Notes: a model not told the origin generated them from the letters alone. Positions 12,501 through 26,935 are shown, counted from the first letter of the stretch. The stretch is DNA of 64,000 nt from Parasitella parasitica NRRL 2501 (GCA_025201805.1 MU619265.1:179394-243393); one strand, 5' to 3'. Program-made: numbers and translations.

Positions 12501-15500
12501 TTAATTCAGTATCGAGTAAATCTCGCGTTTTGTCAATAAACTTTTCTGCTTCTGCATATCTGTTGCGGTGCATTGCCAAAATAGCACGGAAAAAGGTACG
12601 ATCAGGGCTCTCGGCCTTGAGCAAAGCAATGTATTCCTCCATCTGTTCCCATTGACCCTGACCCCAGGCTGCAGCTGCGGCGAATGGTGCCATGCTCTTA
12701 CGGTTTTCAATCGGTGCGTGAATCCATTTCTCTTGCGCCAGCGCAGAAAGTTGATCCCATTCACCCAAAGCATGCAAGCAGCGCATACGACCCAGTGTAA
12801 TCTCCATGGAATTGGGGTTTTCCATTTGCTGCGCCTCGTAAGCATCCAAAGCATCTTGATATCTGTGCAATTTTTCAAACCATGATACTCTGCGCTCCAG
12901 ACCTAAGGAATCTTGAGCAAATGTCAAGATACCCATGGCAGCATCGGGTTGTTGCAAGAGGTTGTTGATGGACATGAGCATTTCCACAGCTTCAAATGAC
13001 TGCTCAATATGGAATTCAGTTTCCTTGTAATGGAGGGCCTTGGCATAGGCGTGGCATTTCTGAGCATAGACAGCTAACGTACGGATATCAATTGGCAACA
13101 TCTTGTTATCGTGTTCCATGAATTCGGCAAGATGCAGCAGAATCTGGATGATTTCTGGAGGGATATTGGGAGCTTTGAGAGCAACTTCGAGCGATTTCAC
13201 CAATTCGTCAATATATTGGTCGTATAATTCGTTCCAGCAAGATACAAAGGCAGCGTTGAATAGCTCCCGAGCAAGTGGAGTATACAAAGATGCCAAAAAG
13301 ACGCAAGCACGAAGAGCATGCGAAGGAGATTGTTTCAGCAGCTCTACACTGAGCCTACGGATCCACTCCATCCAATCTTCTCTGGTGGATCTTTGAGACG
13401 CTTCCCAAGCCTTTTTCAAGTGTTGCTGATTTACGGGCTGTTTCTTGGCTGTGCTCTGGTCAGCAGAAGGTGTTTCATCGCCCTTGGCGTCTCTGTCATC
13501 AAATGCCTTGCCCAACTCTTGAGGGAGGTTTTCCCCCTTTAACAGTTTTCCAATGAGTAATTCGTAATTGGCATGCGAAATACGATGTCTAATCAAAACT
13601 TTGTTGATAACAGGTATAAACTTGGTATAGTCAGTGCCCAGCTGGAACACAAGAGCACACAATAAATCCATGGCAACATTTCTAGCTTCCATAGGCAACA
13701 CAGGCAACACGCGAGCCAAGGGATGAATGATACGAGAGGCATAATCAAACATATTGACTTTCTTGGAGAGCGCTGTGATGGCCGAAATAGCTTGCCGACG
13801 TACTGACACTGGAGCATCAGGCTTTTCAAAGAACTTGATAACTGCAGGAATTACTAGATGCATGTATTCCTCAATATTGGCACCAAACACAACAAAAGCA
13901 TGCAAAACCTTGATAGTAGGTAATCTTCTGTCTGTATCGTCGCTATCGAAGATTTGGAGCATGTGGGGCAACAAGCGAGGTAAGTACACTTTGAGTTCCC
14001 CATCCAATGCTTTGGCAATAGCTTCAATCAATGAGATGATGGTGATTTGGATAGTTGGTAAAGGTGTCCAGTAGTCGTCAATGAGATCAAAAATGTCTTT
14101 GAGATAGTTTCGAATGTGTTGCTTGACAATAGAGACAAGATCACCTAATTTGTGGAAATAAAGTTCGAGCATATTTGACGAAGATGTCCTCATTAGCGAC
14201 AGGAAACCAGGGATAACCAAAGGTAAGAACTGTACTACTTTAAGGCCTAGTGTCTTGAAAATGAACATGATGGCATCAATGACAGCATAATGGTGTTGAC
14301 TAAGCGACGGATCTCTCAAGATTTTCATTAGTGAATGCATGACAACCTGGGGATAATAGTCTTCAGATGAGGGTCCAATGCCCATCATCAGCAGAGTAAC
14401 ATCGTTGCTTGCCAACTTCGGGTCAGCCAATTCCTCACTTGAATTACCTATGGCATTCATCTAGCAATGAAAAAGACAATTTGTTGGTATTGCATTTGAA
14501 AAAATGTCAGATTTAACTTTACCTTGTGTTTATAGGGGTCCAGTGCACCAAGAATACCCATAAGTTTTACTGTCTCTCTTCGGATGATAGGATTTTGCTC
14601 GGTTTTCATGATATTGATAAGAATATTCAACAGTGCGGGATACTTGGTATAGGGCTCAATAACAAAGCCTGTGTTGCTAGCAAGCTGGCCCAATGTCTTT
14701 AATGCTGCATCACGTTTGGCACTGGAGCTTTGATCCTGTAATGTCTCCATAATCAGGGGCATCAATTCGTCCAAATGGGGTCTCATATCTTCACCGCTTA
14801 CAGCAGCCAATTCACCCAATGCACCTAAAACAGCAGAAACAACGCCTGTAGAAGGATCTCTTGCCTTTGGCAATAAAACTTTGAGCACAGGCTCAATGTA
14901 TGGTTTTGTTAATCGCTGAGCAGCTCTCACAAGCAAAGAAACCAATCGAGCAGATTCTTCCTTTTGTCGACTCACTACTGAATACTCTAATTCCGTCAAA
15001 AGCTGGATCAGTGTCTTTCTAAGCGATGGCATAACATAGGCTGGGTTGAATGTTGTCAATCTACCGATAATTGTAATTGATATTTCACGAATTGCAAAGA
15101 CTTCGTCATTGAGAGCAATGAATAGCGATCTAACGTTATCTGCTTGAGCTAAATGACGATCAAATCGAACATCCAATGAAGACAGTACTGTTTCGCGGAT
15201 AACAGGGTCTGGATCCGCAATGCCCACTGTCAATAGTTTCTCCAGCACTTCACCAACTACTTTGATAGCATGAGCACTTGTTTGATTACAAATGGGATCA
15301 CGCACAAACAGCTGGCAACATGTTACTGCTGCAGCCTTTCTAATCTCGGGGAGATCATCATCCAGATAATTCACAATGCAATCACGCACAAATTCATTCA
15401 ATACATGGTTGGAGAAATCAAATGAGCCTAGCGTTGTTAATGCAAGCACAATTGTCTCATTATCTTTTCCGTCTCCTAATCCGTTTTCTCGAAGTGGCCT

Positions 15501-17268
15501 TTCAACAGTTTGAATGATGGTTCGATTGGTTGGTGCACCAGGTTGCTTGTACGGCTGTCCGCTGATTGTGATTGAAATGACATTTAGCAAGCGTTCTATT
15601 TACTTACGTTAGACAGTGCGAGGGAATAGGCATTTTTCGGATTTGGTATATGGGGTTTACCTTGAATAACTGGTGATAATGGCTTGATGCGATCTGCTAT
15701 GTTGCTCAAAGCTGTTACCAATGGCTCAGATAATCCACAATTAAACATCAAGTCCAAAATATCATGCAAATATTTAGTTAATGCTTGTCCAACAGCAGTT
15801 GCCAACATGCTTGTGCATGTAAAGATGGCTGATTCGTTCTCTTTTCTTTGCCGTCTATTAATTGCCTATTAATTGCTTGTTTTGATAGTTTTCGTGACAA
15901 CACCCACCCTTTGACCATCAATGCTTCTTTGATACAAGTTAATGTGGCATCCAAGTAAGGACTCATATTACTTTTGACTTGAATAGCAACTTGTCCAATA
16001 GCAATAAAAGCTAACGTATAGAGAAAATGTTAATCAACCCATATTTCATCTAACATGTACATTATCCGCTTACCGTCTCTTTTTTCGTTACTTTTGCGAA
16101 GCAAATTTAGTAGATGGCTCATTGATTTGTGCAAATATAATTCAGAAAATGTTGCTGGATCGTAACACGCCAAAGTTGGGATAATAGATACAACTGTCTT
16201 TCTAATCAATGCGTCACGAGCATCTTTCAAGCGAAATGTGATATCACACACATCCTTGTACATATCTGTCATGAACTATCAAACTGTAAGTGTATCATAA
16301 GAGATACGTGTATAAATTGAAGGTTCTTACCATGCCAGCATGCAACAAAAGCTCTCTCATCGCTAATAAGCTACCATGAGTAGCTTCAGGACTATTCATG
16401 CGCAATCCACGATTGACTTCTTCCCAAATTCGAGCATACCAAGTCTTTCTCATGGGAGTTTCACGTTGCTGTACAATTTCCAAGCATTGCGAAAGGCAAT
16501 CAGCTGCGTTTTCACGGATAACATTTCTGGAGTCTCGCAGTGCGACCCAGATAAGATCAAGGATACGATGAACGTATGCATAAATAAGTGTAGGTGCGTT
16601 TACTGCCAACTCTCTTAATACAAGTACTGCTGCTAAGCGGCTACGATCACCTTGAAGCCACTCAAGTGCATGTTCTACTTGAGTATCCACTAGGTCTGCA
16701 GTGAAAGCAGAAGAACTCACAGCTAAGCGACCCAAGGCTTTTGCGGCTGGTACCATAATTTGTTGATCATGATGGGGTAGCATGTGCTGCAGATAATTAT
16801 GGAAACGTGTGGCATTACTTTCTGGTTCTAATCCGATCAAACGATCTATCACGACGACATATGTTTAATAGACATTTCTCAAGACTCGACAGTAGCAGTA
16901 GTATTTTTACCTATACCAATAATAGCACCTAATTTTTCATTGTTGTCATTTCCATGAGTCCAGTCAAAGAATCGTTTATTGATATCATTTGTAAAACGAT
17001 TAAGATTCTCCTCTGACAGCTCTCTAGAAGCTGTTGCCGCCTATACTGAATGAGTAACCCAATAATAACTTTAAAAAAAACGGATTGTATTCTTACTGTT
17101 TCACGAAGTTCATCTGCAGCTTTAATACGTCTATCCTCGTGTCTACGGCAATGGCTTTTAGTCGACAGGAATATTACTAATAGTTGACAATTTTGCTTAC
17201 TTTGATTTTAATTCACTGAATATTCTGTTCAAGTTCTCCTGAGAGTTGAGCATAGCAACTGTGGCCAT
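9546..17268 (-). CDS. TOR: Serine/threonine kinase TOR (HEAT-FAT-FRB-kinase-FATC), multi-exon
   Basis: [22 protein letters not shown] (rapamycin-sensitive Ser retained); kinase [36 protein letters not shown]; [18 protein letters not shown]; HEAT exons extend up to [17 protein letters not shown] at 17268. Confidence 0.98.
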
Positions 17269-18225
17269 TCTTTGTTGTGGATAATGATGATGGTTTCGAT
17301 GTAACTCGTTTGTTTTATAACGTTGAAAAAGAGTAGAATAGATAAAATATTAATATAACAATTAAATCGAGGAAATATCACCTTAGGATAATATTAAGGG
17401 TATATCTTTGTAAATATCCTTTGTTGATGAAATGAAAACAAAAAAAAAAGGGAAAAAAAGAAAGTTCAAACAAAAGCTTTGGAAAGGACTTGTATTTCGG
17501 GTGTACACCACTTGCAGCCAATGGAAATATGATGAATCCCTTGACAGGAATCTATCAGCAGCAGATTATTTAATAGCGAATGTACCAATTGATGAACAAA
17601 GTAATAAAAACTATTGAAAACAATCTATCTTCATTATCGCGCTGAAACTGTTATGTGAAATCTTGAAAAGCTAAATTGGAAAGAAGATGCATCTCTTGAG
17701 CATACTGAGCTACTAGAGTTTTGGAATAATGGCACTCGAAGATGTATTTTAAGGGGTTGTAACTAACATTCAATAGAGTAGTTGTAGCTGTTTGCTAAAC
17801 GTCAGTTTAAACAATCCCTCAACCCTGTTTTGGGCAACTAATTTTTTCATTAACATGTACATGCATAATTTATGAAAATATAGTATGCACTGTTATATAC
17901 TGCACGAAAGATATAGTCATAATGCTCTATTAGTATGATATAAATATAATAAAACTGGGGGAAATTGGGAAGCGATATCGTGCAAAGCAGTTTTCAGTAG
18001 AAGGAGCAAAACATTGCCTGCTTAAGAGTACTTGTATACTTTGAATCCCTCTACTCGCCCCCAAGATTCATATCTTATACAATAAAATAATGGTGTTTTT
18101 ACAAATTACCAAAGTTGTGGAATCAGTTGTAACTTATGCTTTCTGATGCTGCGTTACTGCACAATTTCTTCTGCCCTAAACAGTGCATCTACATCTTATA
18201 ATCAAAGGACTACCTCTTTAAAATC

Positions 18226-18316
18226 ATTACAATTGTCAAACAACTGATTATAGCACAGTATTAGTCAGAGCAAGACCTATCCTATATTTAATCAGCTAAT
18301 TATTATGAATGTGAAT
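18226..18316 (-). repeat. Fragment A of a local non-coding repeat family (reverse orientation)
   Basis: Reverse complement reads cacattcataataattagctgattaaatataggataggtcttgctctgactaatactgtgctataatc, matching 18810-18890 and 21128-21210. Confidence 0.8.
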
Positions 18317-18807
18317 TATTCATTGATAATTTTAGCTTTGCAATTTCGGATAAGTAGGACCCAAAAAGATAGTTTCTTATACAAGACGCTCTATTGATTA
18401 CTTCTATTTACTATATAATAGAATAGGCGGTGACATGTAACCTTGGATTCGAACATGAACAGTTGCCATGGCAACTGAGTACTAATCATGGAATTCTAAA
18501 TTCATATATTTTGGAGTCTGACAGCCTTGCAGAGCAAGATGGACCCCGCGTAAACGAAGGTCGATTTTTACCGTAGCGTAGCGAAGGTGCAAACATCACC
18601 AGAGTGGTATAAGCTTTGTTTATAAACTAGCACTGTGTATGTGACACAACATCACTAAGGCGTCAATTTTTTATGACAGATTCTCTTCTTTTTTCAACGT
18701 ATGACACCTCAGTTTTCAGGCAAAGACATAGAAATAATCATGGAATGTCTTGTGTGAGAAACCATCTGCTTAATTTAAGTACGTAGATAAAATTATCGTT
18801 GAATGAT

Positions 18808-19085
18808 CTCACATTCATAATGATTAGCTGATTAAATAAAGATAGGCCATGCTCTGATTACTACTACTGTGTTATAATTTGTATTGACAATTGATATCAA
18901 GCATGATCTAAACGCATTCAAAGATTGATTCATGTAAATTTATTCACTATAAAGAGACAGCTTCCTATCAATATATATGATCATTGGTTTTTATCTGGTA
19001 AATTAAGTCTTTATAACTTTACATTTATATGATCACATAAAATCATTTGCAGATGGCCACTTAATTTCATGTCTTGCCCAGTTGT
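18808..19085 (+). repeat. Fragment B of the same repeat family
   Basis: Aligns by eye with 21127-21400 (attagctgattaaa, agattgattca, agacagcttc, tctggtaaattaag). Confidence 0.8.
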
Positions 19086-20277
19086 GTTTGGAATCGATCA
19101 ATATTCCTCTTTTAAATTCACTTGCACCACAATGTTTAATTATAAGAAGGCACAATTATACGTATTTTCGATTGTAAAGACCATAGTCTCACGTAAAACT
19201 AACTTTCCTTTCACATATGCAAACATTGGCTGCTTGACGATGTACCAGGTTACACATTTTACGTAGATGAATTTTGTGATTTGGCTATCTATATCACTAA
19301 CTCTGCTCTCGATGTATATTGTCTTAATTGTATTTCATTTATTGGTTACGCAATAATGCGATATGCTTTTCTTTATCACCCAGAGCCACACATCAGTCTG
19401 GCTCTCTTTTCATACATTCAGAAATCGGCCTCTTGACGATGTATTATATGATTGTGGCAGTTGGCACAGCTTACCCTAAGCATGTATTTGTTCAGGAGCG
19501 GGCATCTGAGCAGATGTGGCGTTTGTTATATCAGGTATAACGTTATTGACGGACTGAACGAGATTACCAACAGGTTAAGATTGTTCATACAAAATGATAC
19601 TATTTTATAAACCAATTTTTTTGTGAATAAATCAATCACAATATTAAGTGTATTTATTTTCTATGCTTGTTCCGATGGCTAACATGATAGATATTTGACG
19701 TCCCAGGAGCAATAACTTCAGGCTTGAGTTTTTCTCTTCTTACGTCGTTTTGATAATCCATAAACACACTGCGAAGGTATAATGTCTGTAGAATTGATAT
19801 CAGGCGCACAGTGTATGATTCTGATCCCAAGCATGAGATTGTGGTTAATTTATTCAGCGAAAAACAAGATACGTTAGATTTACCAAATCATTTAGTTACC
19901 CCTGCCTATTATCATCCTAATGTGGACAATTCTACACAGAAGTTTGTGTGAGGCCAGCCCCAACTAAAGTCTCTCCGAGTCTTTCTAATGGAGGTCTTTG
20001 ATCATCAGAAACAAAAGCTGATTAAGTACGTCTTCCTGTATTGCGTGAGATGAACTGCAGAAACGTACGTCTACCACTTATTACCATTATCTTGCTTGTA
20101 TCTGATATCATTATTTCCTTCTTTTAAGGCTACGGGGGACCAAAACACAAAAGGATTCTTCTTTGGTGTTACAAGCTCTGTATCCTCGGGTTCAAACACT
20201 TAAGATACTAAGCATTGTTGGGTTAAAAAAAGATAATAAAAAACCAAATGTTAACGAGATACGAAAACTTATAGATA

Positions 20278-21761
20278 CTTTATTTAAGATCGAAATTGCA
20301 TCTGCTATTTATACTTTTTACAACTACATAAATTTATGGTGACTTATTTACATTATTAATTGACAAGACTAATTCACAGCGACAATCTACTTGACAGGGT
20401 ACGATATGAGGTTATACAGCAAGGGCTACACGTCTTTGATCTGACAGTGTTTTAACCTTTATCCTGGTGCTCAGATCTGTGTTACTTACAGGAATAACCT
20501 TTTTTTTTTTTTTTTGTATGAAAAGTGTATCTTTATTAATCTTTCAGTATGAATTATGTATTAAGTATAGACAGGGTCAAGGGGTCAGCTTGGACACCTG
20601 TAGGAGACAAAAGAGAAGAAATTAAAGAACTATGATCGTGTCTGAAAATATTAATAGCAACAGAAGGTATCCAATTACAGGAATAACCTTCTTGATTTGA
20701 AACAGAGACTTTATTCTCCAATTTACACAATCTTCAATTGAAGTATATTGCCATGATCTCCTGTCTATAATTATGGCAGATCACATATATTATACACATG
20801 TTTATCATAGATCATACCATCATTTTAAAACACCCTAAATAAAAAAGCTTATTTCACATTCACAATTAATCAAGAATTATACTCGTCGAAGTCTTTAACT
20901 AATTTTTCAACATCCCAATCTCTTCAAATAAGAAAACTTATTCTCAATCTCGTTAAACAAACAACAGAAGCACACCTAACCGTTCCTGATCGGATCTAAG
21001 GTTAAATGGCATCGATTATTCTATCTAGTGTAAATAGAAGTATTCAATAGAAAGTCTTGTATAAGAGACCATCTAATTGTGTTCTACTTATTATAAATTG
21101 TGAAGCTCAACTTATCGATGAATGGTTCACATTTATGACGATTAGCTGATTAAATATAGAGATAGGTCTTGCTCTGACTAGTACTGTGTTATAATCTTGT
21201 TTGACAATTTAATGTCAAACATGACCTGATTGTACTTTACAGATTGATTCAGATATATTTATTCTAATATAAATAGACAGCTTCTTGTCAATCAATAAAT
21301 CAATAGTTTTGTGTCTGGTAAATTAAGCTTTATTACTTTCTAATATTTTTTATATCACATACAATCACCTGCTGTGCTCATTTTTAAGACCTGGCACAAC
21401 TGATCTGCCATAATGTAGGATAAGAGATCATGATAATGTACTTCAATTGAATATTGGAGATTGTCCAATGATGTGTTGTTAAACTTGTCGAAACAGGAGA
21501 ATAAAGTTTTTGTTTCAAATCAAGAAGGTTATCTGTAACACAGATCTGTATGATTGACAAACAATTATAAGGTACTGTCAGATCGAAGATCAATAGCCTT
21601 TTAGTATAATAATACATTGTACCCTGTTATTGAAAATATGATGTTGCTTGCAAATTACTCTTATCGATTAGTATCGACTCTAGTATTTTAAATAAGTCAC
21701 CAAAAATATATGGAGTTGTAAAAAGTATAAATAACAGATGCAAAGTTGGATCTTTAATAAA
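20278..21761. repeat. Decayed long inverted repeat / foldback-like element (arms ~20278-20785 and ~21400-21761); fragment C at 21127-21400 lies inside it
   Basis: tgcatctgctatttatactttttacaactacat..ggtgacttattta (20298-20350) is the reverse complement of 21689-21742. aaccttcttgatttgaaac (20685-20703) pairs with gtttcaaatcaagaaggtt (21512-21530). ttatggcagatca pairs with tgatctgccataa. Confidence 0.75.
20486..20690 (-). mobile_element. 5'-truncated non-LTR retro-insertion (polyA tail, 16-bp target-site duplication)
   Basis: ttacaggaataacctt at 20486-20501 and 20675-20690 flanks ~173 bp that starts with a polyT run. The minus strand has a short ORF end (WIPSVAINIFRHDH...LNT*), AATAAA, then polyA. 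Confidence 0.85.
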
Positions 21762-21870
21762 TTAATCTCAGATTCAGGAACGTGAACTCCATTGGCTCAA
21801 ACATTGATCACGTGTGGATATGTAAGTAACACAATAAAATAAATATTTTTATTTCACTATAATATAAAAA

Positions 21871-21944
21871 GCTCGCTTAGCTCAGTTGGTTAGAGCGTGG
21901 TGCTAATAACGCCAAGGTCACAAGTTCGACCCTTGTAGTGAGCA
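21871..21944 (+). tRNA. tRNA-Ile (AAT)
   Basis: Acceptor GCTCGCT/AGTGAGC, D arm AGCTCAGTTGGTTAGAGC, anticodon stem TGGTG-CTAATAA-CGCCA, T loop GTTCGAC, followed by a T-run Pol III terminator. Confidence 0.97.
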
Positions 21945-22567
21945 TCTTTTTTTGCAAATATTTTTAGAGTGGTGTTTGTAGACAGTATTTTTTTTTGAAA
22001 GAATTAAGTTCACTTTGCAAAACTACTTGAATGTATACAAGAAATATAGAGCAATCTGCCAGAGCAGCTACTTCGATATCGTGGTGAGAGCCAGATTTAT
22101 ATTTATCCAACTGACGAAATTGAGGAATACTTTATGAGTTTTTTTTGTTGAAGTGTATATCTAAACTAAATTCTGGCTAATTACTAAAATAAAAAGTGTA
22201 GATATTAGACGATTTTATTTCTTTGATTTGATATTTAAATGCTGTTTATCTCAATTTAATGTTATTTAAAAGGCCTTTGAGCAGTTAAAGTAAATTGATG
22301 TAAAGTGAGATTAAAATTCGCGTGAGTTGATGCTAACCCAAATAGTTTGACAGTACTAGTTAGCTTCATTGTTTGAAAAAATGATGCTTAATGCAGTATT
22401 GTTATAAAATGACCTGAATATTATGGTAATATTCAGAGTAGATGTTGAAATAAGAAAGAGTAAGCAAAGAAGAAATTACAATCGTAGTAAAACGAACGAT
22501 AGAATATGGTTCAAGTATTTTTTGTTGTTCAAAACAAATCTACTTCAAAATGCAAAGTTAAACATTC

Positions 22568-23269
22568 TTATAAGGTGGGGACAGGACCATTTTTCGGGGC
22601 AAATGAAGAAGCTATAAGAGCGTCCTTCATAAATGGTTTAAAACGAAGTAAATATATTGCCTCTTCAAATGTACACTGTATAATATTAGTCAGGTTTAAA
22701 CTGTCATGCGTTCGGTTACAAAAACTCACCCATTTACGTTGACGAATGTCTTTCTCAGGCCAAATATCCAAAATATCTTCTACTTCAAGTTCATAGAACC
22801 AAACATTGGCTTTGATTTCACCAGTGGAACCATAATGTAGAAAACTGCCTACAAACCTTTTGACTTTTCCCGTTACTCCACCTTTAAAAGGTATTATTAG
22901 GCATTCTTTCATTGATTAAATATACAATACCCTCTTCGTAAGTTTCACGCTCGGCCGATTCTTCTTTGGTTTCATCGCTTTCCCAACCGCCTTTAGGCTA
23001 TAACCAATTGTGTTTCACGTATTTAATATAATGCATTAATCAGTTTCTAATACTTACAAGAACCCAGACTCCAGCATACTTTGTACTTGATATTATGAGG
23101 ACTCTATTGGTTTTTGGATCTACTGCGATTGTGCCAGCAACCTAAATAATTTCAGTATTTTCAACATGGATGTTTGATTTAGATGACTTACTTGACGAAC
23201 ATTATTTTCATCAAATACTTGCTTTTCTCTACCTTCACGAGCTTCAGAAGAAAATTTATTCTGACTCAT
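22568..23269 (-). CDS. DDP1: Diphosphoinositol polyphosphate phosphohydrolase (Ddp1/Aps1-type Nudix hydrolase), multi-exon
   Basis: MSQNKFSSEAREGREKQVFDENNVRQ|VAGTIAVDPKTNRVLIISSTKYAGVWVL|PKGGWESDETKEESAERETYEE|GGVTG...WPEKDIRQRKW; contains a Nudix box. Confidence 0.85.
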
Positions 23270-23589
23270 GATATCTTGTTATGAAAAAAGAAGTAGAACT
23301 ACAAAGCAGTCTCTTTAAGTTTAACGATCGGGTATTTTCCAATGCTGGATGAACCAATGTTCACTTGGCATTAGAAGACAAAACAGTCGATCTACCGTAC
23401 AATAAAACATCATTTAAAAGTTATCTGAGCTAGCTTTCGAGCTACCATTATCTTGGTCAACAAGTTTGTAACTTGCAATTATTTAGTTTCTATTTATTTA
23501 TTTCATGCAAGAGTGTAGCGTATATATAATAATAATATAAAGGAAAAAAGAACAAAGATTATGCAACAAAAAGAGGGAATACAAATTCT

Positions 23590-25564
23590 CTAACGGAAAT
23601 CTGTCGAACCCATACCACGTTTACCACTATTTAAATGCTTGGGTTTCTTGACTAGGATGTGTCTGTCGGCTTCACCACGTTTACCCATCTTAGAAGATTG
23701 CTTTTGAACATTCTTCTTTTGTTTGTCAGCTTCCAGCTTTTGTTTGACGTTGCGGAAACCTTCACTGGCGATTTCTTGAGCGACAGACTCTCCACGATCC
23801 ATAGCACCAGCATCTCTGACAGCTTCATCAGGGATAGCTTCGTTACGAGTACGTTTACGACTTTCAGCAGCTGATCTTGTACGTTCAGAAGCATTTGTAC
23901 TATCAATACCCAGACTGGCAAGTTGTTTATCCATTTCACCGACAGTTGTGAATTTAGCGGCAGTGGTCTTGGGTAAAGCGGGTCTTGTTCCACGAGCAGC
24001 CCGATGAGCTTGAACAATCAGCTTCTTACGATCACGAATAGCATCAGCAGCAGCACGAAGAACCTCTTCATCATCATCTAAGATTTCTTCGTCAGATTGA
24101 TAGAAGCCTTCAGCTTCCAAACGCTCTTCTTCTCTCTCTAAAGCTTCCAATTTCTCTTCAATCTCAGGATCAATAAAGTCGGCAACATTATGGCCATCAA
24201 GAAATTCAGGGATAGTATCGTATTTCCAGTCATCATCTTCTAGGAGGTACTTCTTCTTGACATCAACATTATAAACACCAGCGCCACCTTGTTCTGCTTC
24301 GATATCTTTTTCAAGTCTACGACGGTTGGGGTCATTGAGATCATATTTAACACGAGTCTTGGTTTCAGGAGGAATATTAGGTAAACGAGAAATGTTATCT
24401 CTTTGTTGAGGTTGAGCCAAATGAATCTTATTAATAACATCGTTGATCTTGTTACCCTTCATCTTCATTTCAACACGAGCAGCCAGCAATTTGTCACAAG
24501 CACTGTTACGGACATTCATGACACCAACATCATTATAGCAAGACATGGTCAAAACAGTAGCATTCTCGTCGTTGGCAATATCCTCGATCCACTTTCTTTG
24601 CTCCTCAGGGAGATCCTCAGGCTTACATTGATCAATTTTGTTGATAACCAATACAATAGGCTTGTTGGCAAAAAGAGGCTTGATATTGTTGAATAATTTG
24701 ACTTGATCTTCAACACTGTAACCACATTGTTCAGAAAGATCCATGAAGTACATGATGCATGATCTCAAATGAGCCATCGCAGTAATAGATTGCATTTCGA
24801 TAGTATTACGTTCTTCTAAAGGATGATCCAAGATACCTGGAGTGTCAATAACTTGCCATCTCATATACTTGTAATCCATGTGACCAACAAAGAGAGACTT
24901 GGTGGTAAAAGCATAAGGTTGAACGTCAACCTCAGCACGAGTAATCTTGTTAATGAAGGAAGATTTACCAACATTGGGGTAACCGCAGATCAAAAGAGTA
25001 CGAGTATTGGGATCAATAGATGGTAGACGAGACAAATGTTGGCGAACTTGTTCAAGATAAGCTAAACTGTCTTTTTGACGCTTCATGACAGTAGCCATTC
25101 TACCCAAAGCAGCCTTCTTGAGTTGCTTGCAACGATAAAGTGAATCACCAAACTTCAATAGGCGGACATAATCCTTGGCAACTTGATCAATCAAGTGACG
25201 AGCAGTGTTGACTTGACCAAGGGCAAGCTTGTAATGATCTTTATCATACAAGACATTCATGAGATCAGCATAAAAAGGATGGATATCCTATTATACTTTG
25301 AATAAGCTACCATAAAATAAACCCCTAGTGGACCAAACTAACCTCTAACTTGGGGAATTCATCCAAAATATTCTTAAATTTTTCATCGAAGTTTTCTTGA
25401 GTAAACTTGACCTTACGCATGTAAAACTGTCTAATACGACCAATATTGTAGTTCTTGTGGATGACAGTGGGAGTCTTTCTTTGAGTTTTGGACAAGATAA
25501 TGTCAACAAAATCTGAAGAAGTGGGTACAGGCTCAATCTTCTTGAAATTATAGAGTGAGGACAT
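23590..25564 (-). CDS. NOG1: Nucleolar GTP-binding protein 1
   Basis: [50 protein letters not shown]-terminal [18 protein letters not shown]; one intron ~25288-25342. Confidence 0.97.
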
Positions 25565-26935
25565 TGTTTATGGCTACAGTTCAATCACAAAAGAGAAATC
25601 CAAACTTTAGAAAAAAAAAAAACTTTTTTTTTCTCGGTTTCCTTGAATTATCTCCAACAGTCCCAGGAAGCAGTCCATATGAAATCCTTAATAGGCGCTT
25701 GGGTGGCTCAAGCTACCGAATCATTATTTCTGCAAAAAAGTTCAAGTAAATGATAAAGATCATGGTGCCTATGATAAAATATATTACGGTTTCTGTCAAC
25801 AACTCTTTTATTTCTGATAACAGCTGAAAAGTTTTTGAGAGAAGATTAAAAAATGCCCAAGAATAGAGAACATTTTATATTGATATGCGAAATCGCGACG
25901 CCCTAATTATTCGATCAAACAGCCATTGTGCAGGAGCAATAGGTATTTTTATTATTCCATTTTTCAATATGATAAAAATTTTCAGTCAATACTATCGACA
26001 TGCACTTCATAACCTGAAACTGAACAATCATCAACAGGTCACAATTCAAAATCATTTGGATTTCATAATGTTCAAATGTCGATAAATCATTTCAGATATA
26101 TCCGTAGATATTAGACATCTAATTAAGCCCAAATATTTAGACAAGTCTATAGAACTGCGTTGGTCTGAACTAAAAAATGGTTAAAACACGAAACCATCAA
26201 AGTATCAAAGTATCAGACTGTATATACTAATAAGGCATTAATTTGTACGTATCCATCAAATTATGCATTTACGCAATGGCAGTTTATTCCTGAATCTAAT
26301 TTTAAACCAACCATTTCATTCTGTTATCTTTAATTATATGTCTTTTCAAAAATCATAGCATATTCAAGCAAACGACAATCTCTATTTTATAATCTCACAT
26401 TACCATTTTATGTTTCATCTGTTGAGATAACGGACGGATTAGTGTACAAAAATGTGTTTGGTATAGCGAGTTATTCCCTATTCAGAATTCACACTCTACA
26501 GTGCTGTGCCTGGAACCTACCAAAAGCTTATTATGAAGCTTAACTTTTGTTGGTAAAATTACCCTCAACCTCAATCCCAACCTCTATTCTACTTTCTATT
26601 TTACTTGTTTAGCATTAGAATCACAAAAAAAGTGACTCTTGAACTGACATTAGGCACTATCATAAGCAACAATGTTATTAGGTTTTCTCTGTCACTAATA
26701 AGTAGCAGTTTATAAATTATTCACAAATAACAAGGCAAAATATTGTATTCATTAATTATCCTTTTCTGCTTCCAACTCGCTGGCCCATACTGTTTGATCA
26801 TATTACTATGAAGAGAGGTATACTTGTGGAATCAAAAATACTAACTTTATAAAGCTGCGCCACGTACTAGAATTGATATTGACATGATGTCGTCTCTAGA
26901 AAGATATTTTTACAGCTAAAAAGCAAGAAACTTAG

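Noticed and set aside
18540-18630. Possible Helitron 3' end (ccgtagcgtagcgaagg ... ctag)
   Set aside because: Weak hairpin, CTAG too far downstream, and no matching 5' end found.
19210-19445. Short recurring cttgacgatgta motifs, CRISPR-like at first glance
   Set aside because: Only two or three degenerate copies with irregular spacing, in a eukaryotic context.
19640-20200. Possible gene relic on the minus strand
   Set aside because: Only short open stretches with no recognisable homology.
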